Positions 29,029 through 38,305 of a DNA stretch of 64,000 nucleotides are shown here, piece after piece. Both the position numbers and the translations under genes were made by a program. Within the stretch, counting starts at the first letter, position 1. Every line of letters begins with the position of its first letter. The DNA is from Methanomassiliicoccales archaeon (GTDB taxonomy: Archaea; Thermoplasmatota; Thermoplasmata; Methanomassiliicoccales; JACIVX01), in the NCBI GenBank assembly GCA_038850735.1, contig JAWCLO010000002.1:105902-169901 (forward strand). Reading direction: 5' to 3'. The notes beneath the pieces were generated by a model. That model made no database searches. It was not told where the DNA came from and saw nothing but the letters and a program-made list of their open reading frames with translations.

Positions 29029-30045
29029 TCATTTACCGATGCCAAGAGATCTATCTGTTTTCTTTATCGACTTGAGTGGATCCCTTTCAAGCTTCATCAT
29101 TGCCCTAATGCAATCGATATTCTCTGGTATCACATCACTTTCCTGGTGAACGGCCTGATAGTAGTAAAGCGTACTATTCACGACCTTTATTCCATCTTCC
29201 CAAACAATAATCTCCATGAAATCTCCCCGAGGCCTGTTGAGATCTCGAGCGAGTTCCATGATCTGCGCAGAGGACTTAATGCCGTGTTTGCCGCTCACAA
29301 ATTTTATTCTAGGAACTTTATCCCAAACTGACAAAATATCCTCGTCCTTTGCCTTCTTCTTCAGATCAACGGCTAAACAGTGAATATGCATTTGAGTCGT
29401 AGGGGTCACCACTGCCATTGTTTCGATGTTCAACCAAGGCATAATCGTCTGAACATCTGGACCGTGATGCGTCGGAAGCTTAAGACTTGGTTCAATCGCG
29501 TTAAGTGCGGCACCCTTCCGATCTGCGGGATCTGCACCCCTCCTGATCAAGGCAGCAAAAACTCGTTCTATTCCAAATACTTTATCGATTGGATAAAGAG
29601 TCCTTATCAGACCTGTGGTATTGCAACTCACCACACGCACAAACCTTGCACCCCAAGCTTCATGATAATTAGCAAATGAATTGAATGATATTCCCGCAAC
29701 ACCGTGTTTCTCACCGCCCTGGAATATTGCTTTCACGCCTGCTTTTTCGTAAATTGGTTTGTAAAGAGCGCCAACATCTCCAGGTGTTGCGTCCACCATG
29801 ATATCAACCCTTGAAAGAAGGTCCTCAAGCGTCCCTTCAACCTTAATACCATCCTTTTCGAATGCTTCGATGTGTTCATGTTTCGCCGCATACAGAGAAA
29901 TGCCTTCCTTAATTGCCAGCCGCGCTTCATAACTTGGTTTCGTTTTGGTAACACCAACAACTTCCATGTCGTCCTGTTTCGCAATTGCAAATGCTATTCT
30001 CTTCCCGATCGTACCATAGCCGTTGATACCAACTCTAACCTTCAT
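29029..30045 (-). CDS. gap: type II (archaeal-class) glyceraldehyde-3-phosphate dehydrogenase
   Basis: Contains INGYGTIGKR and the active site VSCNTTGL, with archaeal GAPDH length. The ATG at 30045 (MKVRVGING) is preferred over the track start at 30072. Confidence 0.9.
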   Translation of the reverse strand: MKVRVGINGYGTIGKRIAFAIAKQDDMEVVGVTKTKPSYEARLAIKEGISLYAAKHEHIEAFEKDGIKVEGTLEDLLSRVDIMVDATPGDVGALYKPIYEKAGVKAIFQGGEKHGVAGISFNSFANYHEAWGARFVRVVSCNTTGLIRTLYPIDKVFGIERVFAALIRRGADPADRKGAALNAIEPSLKLPTHHGPDVQTIMPWLNIETMAVVTPTTQMHIHCLAVDLKKKAKDEDILSVWDKVPRIKFVSGKHGIKSSAQIMELARDLNRPRGDFMEIIVWEDGIKVVNSTLYYYQAVHQESDVIPENIDCIRAMMKLERDPLKSIKKTDRSLGIGK

Positions 30046-30148
30046 CTTTCTCGTCCTCGCGTATTGGTGCATCCTCAGGATGCTAACAGGCTATTGAGTG
30101 TTTTCTTCCGAATCTAAGTAGCGATATATGAACCTGAGCGGCAAAAAA

Positions 30149-31141
30149 TCAAAGATCCCAATACTTTCTCTGCACGTTGACCACATTATCTACAAACCTT
30201 TTGCCAACAATCTCTAAATCTGTCATTTGTTCGTGCCTAAGGGGGATTTTCTTTACCTGGAATTGTGCAACTAATGCAGAAAGAACATCGGCGGTTGCTT
30301 CAAGATCGTAGCCACCTTCAAGCATGAACGCTATTCTAGAATCGGGGGAAATTTGAATTAATCGCCGGCATAATTCTACATACCCATAGGATGACAATTT
30401 CATCGAGGCAAGGGGGTCTTTATGATGCGCGTCGATTCCCAAACTCACCAGAAGAGCTTCCGGCTGAAATTGTAACATCAACGGCTGAACTATCTTTTCG
30501 AAGGCATAGAAATAGGTTCCGTCGCCCGATCCACTTCCCAAGGGAATATTGATGTTGAAGCCTTCTCCTTCTCCGACACCAACATCCTCAGCGGCGCCAC
30601 TGCATGGGTATATTCCATATTGATGCAACGATATGAAAAGCACACTCCTATCTGCATAGAAAACGTTCTCTGTGCCATTGCCGTGGTGAACGTCGAGGTC
30701 AACAATCGCCAGCCGGTTCAAAGAAAGTCTTTTTGCAGCGATCGCCACATTGTTAAAATAGCAAAAGCCGCCACAAAAGTTCTTTCCAGCATGATGTCCT
30801 GGCGGTCTCAATAGTGCTAAAACAGGTTTTCTATGAAAGAAAGCATAATTAGCAGCTGCGATCGCTCCCCCCGCAGCAAGAAGTGCAATCTCAAAAGTTT
30901 CATTTCTGATGTATGTATCAGGATCGAGAAAACCCTCGTCAGCGTTCCTTATGGTTTCCACGTGATCCTTCGTATGAACGAGCAGTAAATCACTTTCGGT
31001 CGCGGCTTCAGGTTTTAATACGTCCTTCCATAAATCTAAATCGATCATTTTTCTAACAACAGTCATCAATCTCTCTGGACGCTCGGGATGGCCTCTATAT
31101 TGCATGTGATCAAGGTACCTCTCGTGAAAAACTATCGTCAT
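30149..31141 (-). CDS. histone deacetylase-family (AcuC/acetylpolyamine amidohydrolase-like) protein
   Basis: Contains RPPGHHA, DLDVHHGNGT and EGGY motifs. The internal ATG (MTIVFHERY) is preferred over the track start at 31186. Confidence 0.85.
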   Translation of the reverse strand: MTIVFHERYLDHMQYRGHPERPERLMTVVRKMIDLDLWKDVLKPEAATESDLLLVHTKDHVETIRNADEGFLDPDTYIRNETFEIALLAAGGAIAAANYAFFHRKPVLALLRPPGHHAGKNFCGGFCYFNNVAIAAKRLSLNRLAIVDLDVHHGNGTENVFYADRSVLFISLHQYGIYPCSGAAEDVGVGEGEGFNINIPLGSGSGDGTYFYAFEKIVQPLMLQFQPEALLVSLGIDAHHKDPLASMKLSSYGYVELCRRLIQISPDSRIAFMLEGGYDLEATADVLSALVAQFQVKKIPLRHEQMTDLEIVGKRFVDNVVNVQRKYWDL

Positions 31142-31449
31142 CAAAGCATACACTGCGCACGATTCAAATAAAAGCATTCCCACCAAAAGGATCTCAGCAT
31201 GGAAACAGATAACTTATTAGATTGTCAACGCCACAAAGGTTAGCGGATTCAGCTGTTTGCATTTAACTTCTCTGTCATATCTAGCAAATATTAAATAGTG
31301 ATCTCGAGATAAAGGACGAACGTGCTAGATATGACCACGCGCTCTAGTTTCCGGACTATTTCTTGTATTAGCGCAGTGGTGATCATAATTAGTTAGAGGC
31401 ATCCTGTGTGGGATGTCCTCACCCATTGTCGAATTATGGAGGGTAGCTT

Positions 31450-33120
31450 TTGAAGGGTTCAAAAGCAGTTGTAGAATTACTCGAGCGACATGGCGTCGAT
31501 GTGATCTTTGGTTTGCCAGGAGGAACGACAATCCCCCTTTACGACGACCTACTGGATTCCAAAATACGTCATGTGCTCGTTCGCCATGAACAATGTGCTG
31601 CACATATGGCTGATGGATATGCACGAGCAACCGGCAGACCGGGCGTGTGTACCTCAACATCTGGTCCAGGGGTGACAAATCTTGTGACTGGCGTTGCAAC
31701 TGCCTACATCGATTCCTCTCCCATGCTCGTGATAACTGGACAAGTAGCTACCCACCTAATAGGTAATGATGCCTTCCAAGAAGCTGATTCTTTCAGCCTT
31801 ATGATGCCCATAACGAAGCATAACTTCAGAGTTTTGGACCCCAAGGATATCCCAGAAGCAGTCAAGAGGGGATTTAAGATTGCAACAACGGGACGGTTCG
31901 GTCCTGTACATATTGACCTTCCTGTGGATATCATGCGAACAGATCTTCCAGATGAACTGCTTGAAAAGGAATTTTCAGTAGTAAGACCGGCTGAAGACTT
32001 ATCTGAACTTTCCTGCGCGATCAAGATGATCTTAGAGGCGGAGAGACCTCTACTACTCGTTGGGGGCGGAGTGATTTGGTCAAATGCGAGCATGGAGGTT
32101 CTTCAATTGGCTGAAGCCCTGATGGCTCCAGTTGTAACTACGATCATGGGAAAGGGTGCTGTTCCGGAGGATCATCCATTATGTCTCGGCGTCATTGGCA
32201 TGCATGGCCGAGAAGTTGCGAGACGGGCTTTTATGGAATGTGATGTGCTCCTTGCAGTTGGTACTCGATTTTCCGACAGAAGCGCCGGCAATCAGAGCGT
32301 CTTATCTGGAAATGTCAAGATAATCCATATCGATATCGACGCGGGCGAGGTCAGTAAAAGTCCTAGAACCCAGGTAAGATTGATTGGAGATGCCAAGAAA
32401 ATACTGCGGCTGATCCTTTCGGGCATAAATGGATCGAGAAAAGACACAGCGTGGTCTCAGAGGATGAGGACAATGCGAGAGGAATGCGACTGTTGCATTG
32501 ATATAGGAGGCAATCCAATCAAGCCTCAGAAGGTCATTCATGAGCTCAACACAATAATGCCAGATAATGCAATTGTGACGACTGAAGTGGGACAGAACCA
32601 GATGTGGGCAGCTCATTTTCTCAAGGTTCGTCATCCCAGGCAATTCATAACTTCTGGAGGTTTCGGAACAATGGGATTTGGATTTCCTGCAGCCCTTGGT
32701 GCAAAAATTGCATTTCCTGAGAAACCAGTTATTGATATTGCTGGTGATGGGAGTTTGCAGATGGTATTTCAAGAATTCGCAACCGCAGTGTCAGAGAATC
32801 TTCCCGTACTCGTATGCCTTATGAATAACGGTTGGCTAGGAATGGTGAAACAATGGCAGAAGTTATTCTGGCAAAAAAGATATTCCGGAACTGAATTAAA
32901 GAATAACCCCGATTTTATCAAACTTGCACAGGCTTTTGGGGCCGATGGCGTAATTGTCGAAAGACCTTCAGAGTTAAGAGAGGCTCTGGAAAAGGGATTA
33001 AAGTCAGATGTCCCGTTCATTGTGGATGTTCGTGTAGATCCTGAAGAAGATGTGTTGCCGATGATTCCACCAGGAGGTGGAAAAGAATTAGTATGGGGGC
33101 GATGTAAGTGGAAGTCTTGA
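31450..33120 (+). CDS. ilvB: acetolactate synthase large subunit (ThDP-dependent)
   Basis: Contains GVDVIFGLPGG and GSLQM...NNGWLGMV ThDP-binding motifs. The start is TTG. Confidence 0.9.
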   Translation: MKGSKAVVELLERHGVDVIFGLPGGTTIPLYDDLLDSKIRHVLVRHEQCAAHMADGYARATGRPGVCTSTSGPGVTNLVTGVATAYIDSSPMLVITGQVATHLIGNDAFQEADSFSLMMPITKHNFRVLDPKDIPEAVKRGFKIATTGRFGPVHIDLPVDIMRTDLPDELLEKEFSVVRPAEDLSELSCAIKMILEAERPLLLVGGGVIWSNASMEVLQLAEALMAPVVTTIMGKGAVPEDHPLCLGVIGMHGREVARRAFMECDVLLAVGTRFSDRSAGNQSVLSGNVKIIHIDIDAGEVSKSPRTQVRLIGDAKKILRLILSGINGSRKDTAWSQRMRTMREECDCCIDIGGNPIKPQKVIHELNTIMPDNAIVTTEVGQNQMWAAHFLKVRHPRQFITSGGFGTMGFGFPAALGAKIAFPEKPVIDIAGDGSLQMVFQEFATAVSENLPVLVCLMNNGWLGMVKQWQKLFWQKRYSGTELKNNPDFIKLAQAFGADGVIVERPSELREALEKGLKSDVPFIVDVRVDPEEDVLPMIPPGGGKELVWGRCKWKS

Positions 33121-33425
33121 GAATCACCGGAAAAAACACACAAAGCATTTTTCCCAGGGTAATTTCGGAACTCGTAAGGCGGAAGGTTGAACTACATAGA
33201 GTATTTTTCCATGGAGATGACGCTCATGTTGAAATGATTATTGAGGTCAGGAATTCGTCCTTGAATGGTAAGCTTTTACATGCTTTGCGTGCCATACAGG
33301 ATGTAACCTCCGCTGACTACGTTGAAAATGGTCTCGGATGTCCTTGGGAACTTGATCCAAGAAATGAACTTGCTACGACGTTCACAAATTCAATGAGCAG
33401 TAATCGTCAAAAGAGTCATGTTTGA
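33108..33425 (+). CDS. ilvN: short ACT-domain acetolactate synthase regulatory subunit (IlvN/IlvM-like)
   Basis: The GTG start overlaps the ilvB stop. The ACT-like segment IFPRVISELVRRKVELHRV...MIIEV, and its position between ilvB and ilvC, support the call. It is shorter than canonical IlvH. Confidence 0.5.
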   Translation: MEVLRITGKNTQSIFPRVISELVRRKVELHRVFFHGDDAHVEMIIEVRNSSLNGKLLHALRAIQDVTSADYVENGLGCPWELDPRNELATTFTNSMSSNRQKSHV

Positions 33426-33486
33426 AACGAATCTTGTTTATATATCCCCATGCTTTATGGTGCAAAGCAAACATCAGGTGAAAAAT

Positions 33487-34485
33487 ATGGCAAAGATTTA
33501 TCATGATAAAGATGCGGATCTGAATATTCTGACGGGAAAGAGAATTGCCGTTCTTGGTTATGGAAGTCAAGGAAGAGCCCAGGCCCTCTGCCTTAAAGAC
33601 AGTGGCCTCAACGTTGTCGTTGGGCTAAGAAAGAATGGAAACTCCTGGGAACTTGCAAGGAAAGATGGCATGACTGTCATGGAAATGCCTGATGCCGTCA
33701 AGAATGCTGACATCGTAATGATGCTGCTTCCAGACGAAGTTCAAGGAGAAATCTACGAGAAATATGTCCTCCCAAATTTGAAGCCTGGATGTGCTCTAGA
33801 CTTTGCCCATGGCTTTACTATTGTCTATAAACAGGTCATCCCCCCAAAGAATGTTGATGTTATCATGGTAGCCCCAAAGTCGCCAGGAAAACGTGAGCGT
33901 GAGCTCTACCTCGAAGGGTTTGGCGTACCCGCACTCATTGCCGTTGAACAGAACTATACAGGCCACGCGAAGGAAATCGTGCTAGCCTTAGCGAAAGGGA
34001 TCGGCTCAACAAGGGCAGGCGTGATTGAAACAACCTTCCATGAAGAAACGACATCCGATCTCTTCGGAGAACAAGCCGTACTATGCGGTGGCGTCACTGG
34101 TCTGATCATCGCAGGCTTTGAAACGCTTGTGAAGAGAGGATATCAGCCGGAGCTCGCCTACTTTGAATGTCTCCATGAACTCAAGCTCATCGTAGATCTC
34201 ATTCAGGCAGGGGGGCTTATACACATGTGGAAAAACGTCAGTAACACCGCTGAATTCGGTGGACTTACTCAGAGAGATTACATAATCACAGACGAAACGA
34301 GAAAGGCGATGGATAGAATGCTTGATAAAATTCTTTCTGGCGAATTCTCCAAAGAATGGATTGCCGATTGGAAGAACGGATTGAAAAAGATGAAAGAGCT
34401 TGAGAAACAGGAATCTGAAAGGCTAATAGAAGTCGTGGGCAAAGAAATACGATCCCTATTTGAAGTAAAGAAACCTGCTCAATAA
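33487..34485 (+). CDS. ilvC: ketol-acid reductoisomerase
   Basis: Contains MAKIYHDKDADL, GYGSQGRAQALCLKDSG and FGEQAVLCGG. The track start at 33418 is an upstream over-extension. Confidence 0.95.
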   Translation: MAKIYHDKDADLNILTGKRIAVLGYGSQGRAQALCLKDSGLNVVVGLRKNGNSWELARKDGMTVMEMPDAVKNADIVMMLLPDEVQGEIYEKYVLPNLKPGCALDFAHGFTIVYKQVIPPKNVDVIMVAPKSPGKRERELYLEGFGVPALIAVEQNYTGHAKEIVLALAKGIGSTRAGVIETTFHEETTSDLFGEQAVLCGGVTGLIIAGFETLVKRGYQPELAYFECLHELKLIVDLIQAGGLIHMWKNVSNTAEFGGLTQRDYIITDETRKAMDRMLDKILSGEFSKEWIADWKNGLKKMKELEKQESERLIEVVGKEIRSLFEVKKPAQ

Positions 34486-34633
34486 GCATTCTCTCCCTTC
34501 TTTACTTTTTTGATCTCCGATCACAGCAAAGATTTTCTTCAAAAAAGTTGTTCTAAATGACACACACAGATTGCAGTTTGCTGCGATCTCCATTCAAGAG
34601 GAGGTTTGGTGAGTCTTGACAAAAAAAATCAAA

Positions 34634-34987
34634 ATGATTACCCCAAATGATGAATATCTCATTGAACTCAATGACACAAAGACTGCAATGGAGATCTGGG
34701 ATGCACTTCCCTTTGAAGCTTACACAAATGTGTGGGGCGCTGAGATTTACTTTGAAATTCCAATAGCTGCAGAATTAGAAAGAGGCAAAACGTTAATGGA
34801 AGTTGGCGAGGTTGCATTCTGGCCCGATGGTAATGCGCTTTGCCTATTCTATGGACCAACACCGGTGAGCCGCAGCAATAAGCCTGAAGCTATATCCAAG
34901 GTCACTCCAGTCGGCAGAATCCTCGGTGATCCGGGAAGACTAAAGAATGTCGGTGATAGGATGAGAGTAATCCTCGAGCGCGCATGA
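34634..34987 (+). CDS. cyclophilin-like superfamily protein of unknown function
   Basis: About 117 aa. Contains LNDTKTAMEIWDALPFE...WGAEIYFEIP...GEVAFWPDGNALCLFYGPTP, the pattern of the small cyclophilin-like (TM1367-type) family. Confidence 0.6.
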   Translation: MITPNDEYLIELNDTKTAMEIWDALPFEAYTNVWGAEIYFEIPIAAELERGKTLMEVGEVAFWPDGNALCLFYGPTPVSRSNKPEAISKVTPVGRILGDPGRLKNVGDRMRVILERA

Positions 34988-35087
34988 GTCAAAGTGTGTG
35001 ATCTCAGTGTCTGCCTATGCACCTTTCAGTTCTTTCGCTTCAAAACATGCTGTCGGAACAATACTTGCTCCAACAACGGTAGGATCA

Positions 35088-36009
35088 TTAGCCATTTCCC
35101 GTCACATTTGCGAGTACTTCAAAAATATTTCCGAGAAGCAGCGCATACTTTACGATCTTTCTAACAATTTTGCCCATTTCAATGATGGAGTTACGAGAGC
35201 CCGGAGTACCCTCATTGTCAAACGATATCGAGCCATAAGCACCAGGTATCGTTACGTCGTCGACTATTGTAACTCCATCGCTTGCAATCATTTTGCCTAA
35301 GATACCAGTCAAAAAAATTCGTCTCTTAACGACTTCATCGGCTTCTGCTGCATGATAGATAATTTCATGAACCATAAGACCTGATGCCTGGGGTCCATAA
35401 TGCAGTCTAAATGGCCATTGGAAGGTTTTTCACTGAGAGCATATTTACTACCTCGATATCGGATTTTCTCCCCAAAAACTCAAGATCGTTCTCTTTAACA
35501 ATCTCAAACCTACAAATGCCATCGAATCCTTCATAGTATGATTCCCTACGATTGCCGTTGTGTGCGATAGCACAAGCAATCTCTTTAGCACGCACTTCAT
35601 CCCAGTTAACCTTCCTTCCAAAAGAATTTAAAAGCAAATTCTTTCGCACCTCGTCAAATATATAGCATTTGTATTCACAACTTTGCATTCAACGCGTTCA
35701 GACAAGATACTTGACTTCTTCGATTTTCTCTTCTATTGAAACTTCGAGTCGAGGAAGCTTAGCGTCTTATCTTACTTTAGATTTAATTGCTATCCTCACT
35801 AAGTTTTCGTATCAACCAGCATTTCCAAAACGAGCAACTTTAATCGCGTCCTCACACATTGGCCCAGTTGAATCACTCCTCGAAGTGGTTGATGATGCAT
35901 ATCCCCATTTTACTGCGATTCTCGCTCTCAAACATATGCCAGCAATCCTATCCACGCATGGAGAGTTGAGATTATCATCGACAATTCTGAACCTGCTAGA
36001 TACAATTAA
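35088..36009 (-). pseudogene. decayed TldD/PmbA-family metalloprotease gene (multiple frameshifts, truncated at both ends)
   Basis: Family-typical segments occur in three different frames, separated by stops. They are 36009-35815 (RIAVKWGYASSTT...AIKVARFGNAG*), 35760-35701 (KLPRLEVSIEEKIEEVKYLV*), 35688-35407, and 35375-35088 (GLMVHEIIYHAAEADE...IVDDVTIPGAYGSISFDNEGTPG...TGNG*). There is no N-terminal start and no C-terminal third. Confidence 0.6.
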
Positions 36010-36084
36010 TTAATATTTCACGTGACAGAAATTCCCTCTGTCTGCCACCAGCTAGTCAACCGCAAATTCCAATAAATCCTATAC

Positions 36085-37173
36085 TCAAATCACCAACAAC
36101 TCCCTTCGGGCCGTTGTCAGTATCTCACAGCCATCCTTTGTGACCCTGACGTTATCTTCGATTCTTATTCCACCCTTGCCAGATACATATATGCCCGGTT
36201 CTATCGTAAAAACCATATTCTCTTCTAGGACAAGATCGTTATCTTGGGATATCCTACCGCCGTCATGAACTGCGAGACCTATTGAATGACCCAATGAATG
36301 TACAAATTTGCCCTTATAACAAGTGGAATCAATGATCTTTCTTGCACGTGCATCAACATCCCTCGCCATGATTCCTGCTCGCATCATATCAATTGCAGAT
36401 TGCTGCGCCTCGAGCACGATTTCGTACATTTCTTCGAATTCGAACAAAGGTCTCCCGAAGAAGTAAGTCCGTGTGATGTCTGAGCAATAACGCTTATATT
36501 TGGCTCCAAAATCGAACAAAGTACAGTGACCGATTGAAAGTTTGTTGTCGGAAGACAAATGATGAGGCTCTGCTGAATTCGAGCCAAATGAAATGATCGG
36601 ATCGAAAGAGGGCGAAGTAGCACCCATTTTTTGCATCCTGTAGGAAATTTCCGCGGCTGCTTCGTATTCTGTTATGCCTTCGGTCAGAAAATTCGGTATT
36701 TCATCTGCCACCGCAGAAACAATCCTACAGGCTTTTCTTATTTTCTCTATCTCATCCAACTCCTTTACAAGACGGGTCTTTTCTATGGCGGATGAAACAT
36801 CCACCTTCTCTGCCTCATCCAATAGTTTATTGATCTCTTTATAGTTCTTGACGGTGAGTGAGGAAAAGTTCAACCCAATTCGATTGATTCCTCTGAGCGA
36901 TTCTTCAATCATCTTGTTTCGTTCCGCAGTCTTTTCGAATATCTTGAAATTTTGAAAAGCAGAGCGGGCACTCGCTTCTTCAAGTTTTGACGAAATCAAT
37001 TCAGTGCTTCCATCAGGCCAGAGTATTAAACAGGAGCCCTCGAAAATGCCTGAGTCGAGACCAGTTACGTAAAAGAATGTAGAATCAATGTTTGGTTCAA
37101 CATCATTCAGAATGAGAATTGCATCAATTTCCTCTGAAACGTTTGAAAAAATGCGCTTTACTTTCGAATTCAT
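36085..37173 (-). CDS. M24-family Xaa-Pro aminopeptidase/dipeptidase
   Basis: Contains a creatinase-like N-terminal domain plus metal ligand contexts (FDFGAKYKRYCSDITRT, HSLGHSIGLAVHD, EPGIY, GGIRIED). Confidence 0.9.
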   Translation of the reverse strand: MNSKVKRIFSNVSEEIDAILILNDVEPNIDSTFFYVTGLDSGIFEGSCLILWPDGSTELISSKLEEASARSAFQNFKIFEKTAERNKMIEESLRGINRIGLNFSSLTVKNYKEINKLLDEAEKVDVSSAIEKTRLVKELDEIEKIRKACRIVSAVADEIPNFLTEGITEYEAAAEISYRMQKMGATSPSFDPIISFGSNSAEPHHLSSDNKLSIGHCTLFDFGAKYKRYCSDITRTYFFGRPLFEFEEMYEIVLEAQQSAIDMMRAGIMARDVDARARKIIDSTCYKGKFVHSLGHSIGLAVHDGGRISQDNDLVLEENMVFTIEPGIYVSGKGGIRIEDNVRVTKDGCEILTTARRELLVI

Positions 37174-37263
37174 CGAATCACTCGTCTTGAAACTTCCTAT
37201 GAAATTTATAACAGTTCCTATGCAGATTAAAATTATAGAAGGCAGGGGATGACTCTGATCGGA

Positions 37264-38082
37264 TCAGATACCTATCCAGATATTTGTAATGATGCGCCTC
37301 AGAGCGGAAATTGCCGAAAGGGCTGCTAAATAACTTGTAGATGGATTGTTAGGAAATGGGACATTCTCTGTTGTCGAAGTGATTTCGCCAAATGATCCCT
37401 TGACTATAAGTGTATGCCTGTTCCTTTCGGACCTCGGATCACAGATGATCCTTACCTTCGTCTTATCAAATCCTACACCCAACAGACTGACGGTTGCCGC
37501 AACGTTCATGTTTTTTGGAAAGTTCGCAGCGGCTTCCCGGGCGGTTCCCTCAAAAACAATCATGGGTTCCTTAATTGCATCAAAGTCTATGCGTTTTTTC
37601 TTAAAGTATTCCACCGATTTGAGGCTATTTGGTCCTTTCGTGGTGACTAGTATCACCTCATCGATCTTGCCAGTTGATGCAGATCGGAGTCCGTCCGTGC
37701 CTGTTATCGCGCCAGACGGTACGTAAATTCGAGAATTCTTTTCTCTAGCTAGTTGAAAGCATTTGTCTCTGAACTTTTCGTCCGCGAATGCGCCAACACT
37801 TAACACCATCACATCAACGCCACGCTCAAGGAAAAACGGGACATAATGCTTTGCTGCTTCTTGGCTTGCGGCTTCAACAACGATGTTAACCTCCTTGGCA
37901 ATTGAATCTAAATCCATTTCGGTATTTCCCACAGATCTAACTTTGCGAAGTTTCTTAACCAAATCGGCAGTACAGCCCCTGTTCTTGTCTGTAATATAAA
38001 TTAGATCTACTTCGGGCATATTGTCGAGTGCCTTGGCAAGGGTACTTCCTATTGACCCGCATCCTATTATAAGAAGACGCAT
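37264..38082 (-). CDS. nadX: L-aspartate dehydrogenase
   Basis: 272 aa. Contains MRLLIIGCGSIGS and VPSGAITGTDGLRSA, with the length and layout of NadX. Confidence 0.75.
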   Translation of the reverse strand: MRLLIIGCGSIGSTLAKALDNMPEVDLIYITDKNRGCTADLVKKLRKVRSVGNTEMDLDSIAKEVNIVVEAASQEAAKHYVPFFLERGVDVMVLSVGAFADEKFRDKCFQLAREKNSRIYVPSGAITGTDGLRSASTGKIDEVILVTTKGPNSLKSVEYFKKKRIDFDAIKEPMIVFEGTAREAAANFPKNMNVAATVSLLGVGFDKTKVRIICDPRSERNRHTLIVKGSFGEITSTTENVPFPNNPSTSYLAALSAISALRRIITNIWIGI

Positions 38083-38305
38083 GCGGATTTTGAAATACCC
38101 GACTTTCTTTTAATTTTATTGTTGCTATTATTAAACGACTTTAGAAAATGACGATTTTGTGCACATATTCGTAGCAGTATCGCTAAATATGCACCGTACA
38201 AAAATGGTCATGGATCAAATACATTCTTCCCATGAATGGACCGGTATTAGATACTTTTTTTCAAATCGAAAACTCCACTGTGATGACTATACGCATATGA
38301 TATCA

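Noticed and set aside
35407-35688. The NGNRRESY string in the 93-aa fragment resembles the TGNGRRESY block that lies C-terminal to the HExxxH site in TldD. This suggested remnants of two tandem TldD/PmbA genes.
   Set aside because: The order and spacing fit a single decayed gene better, and the flanking residues do not align. The match is treated as fortuitous, but a frameshift-aware alignment should decide.
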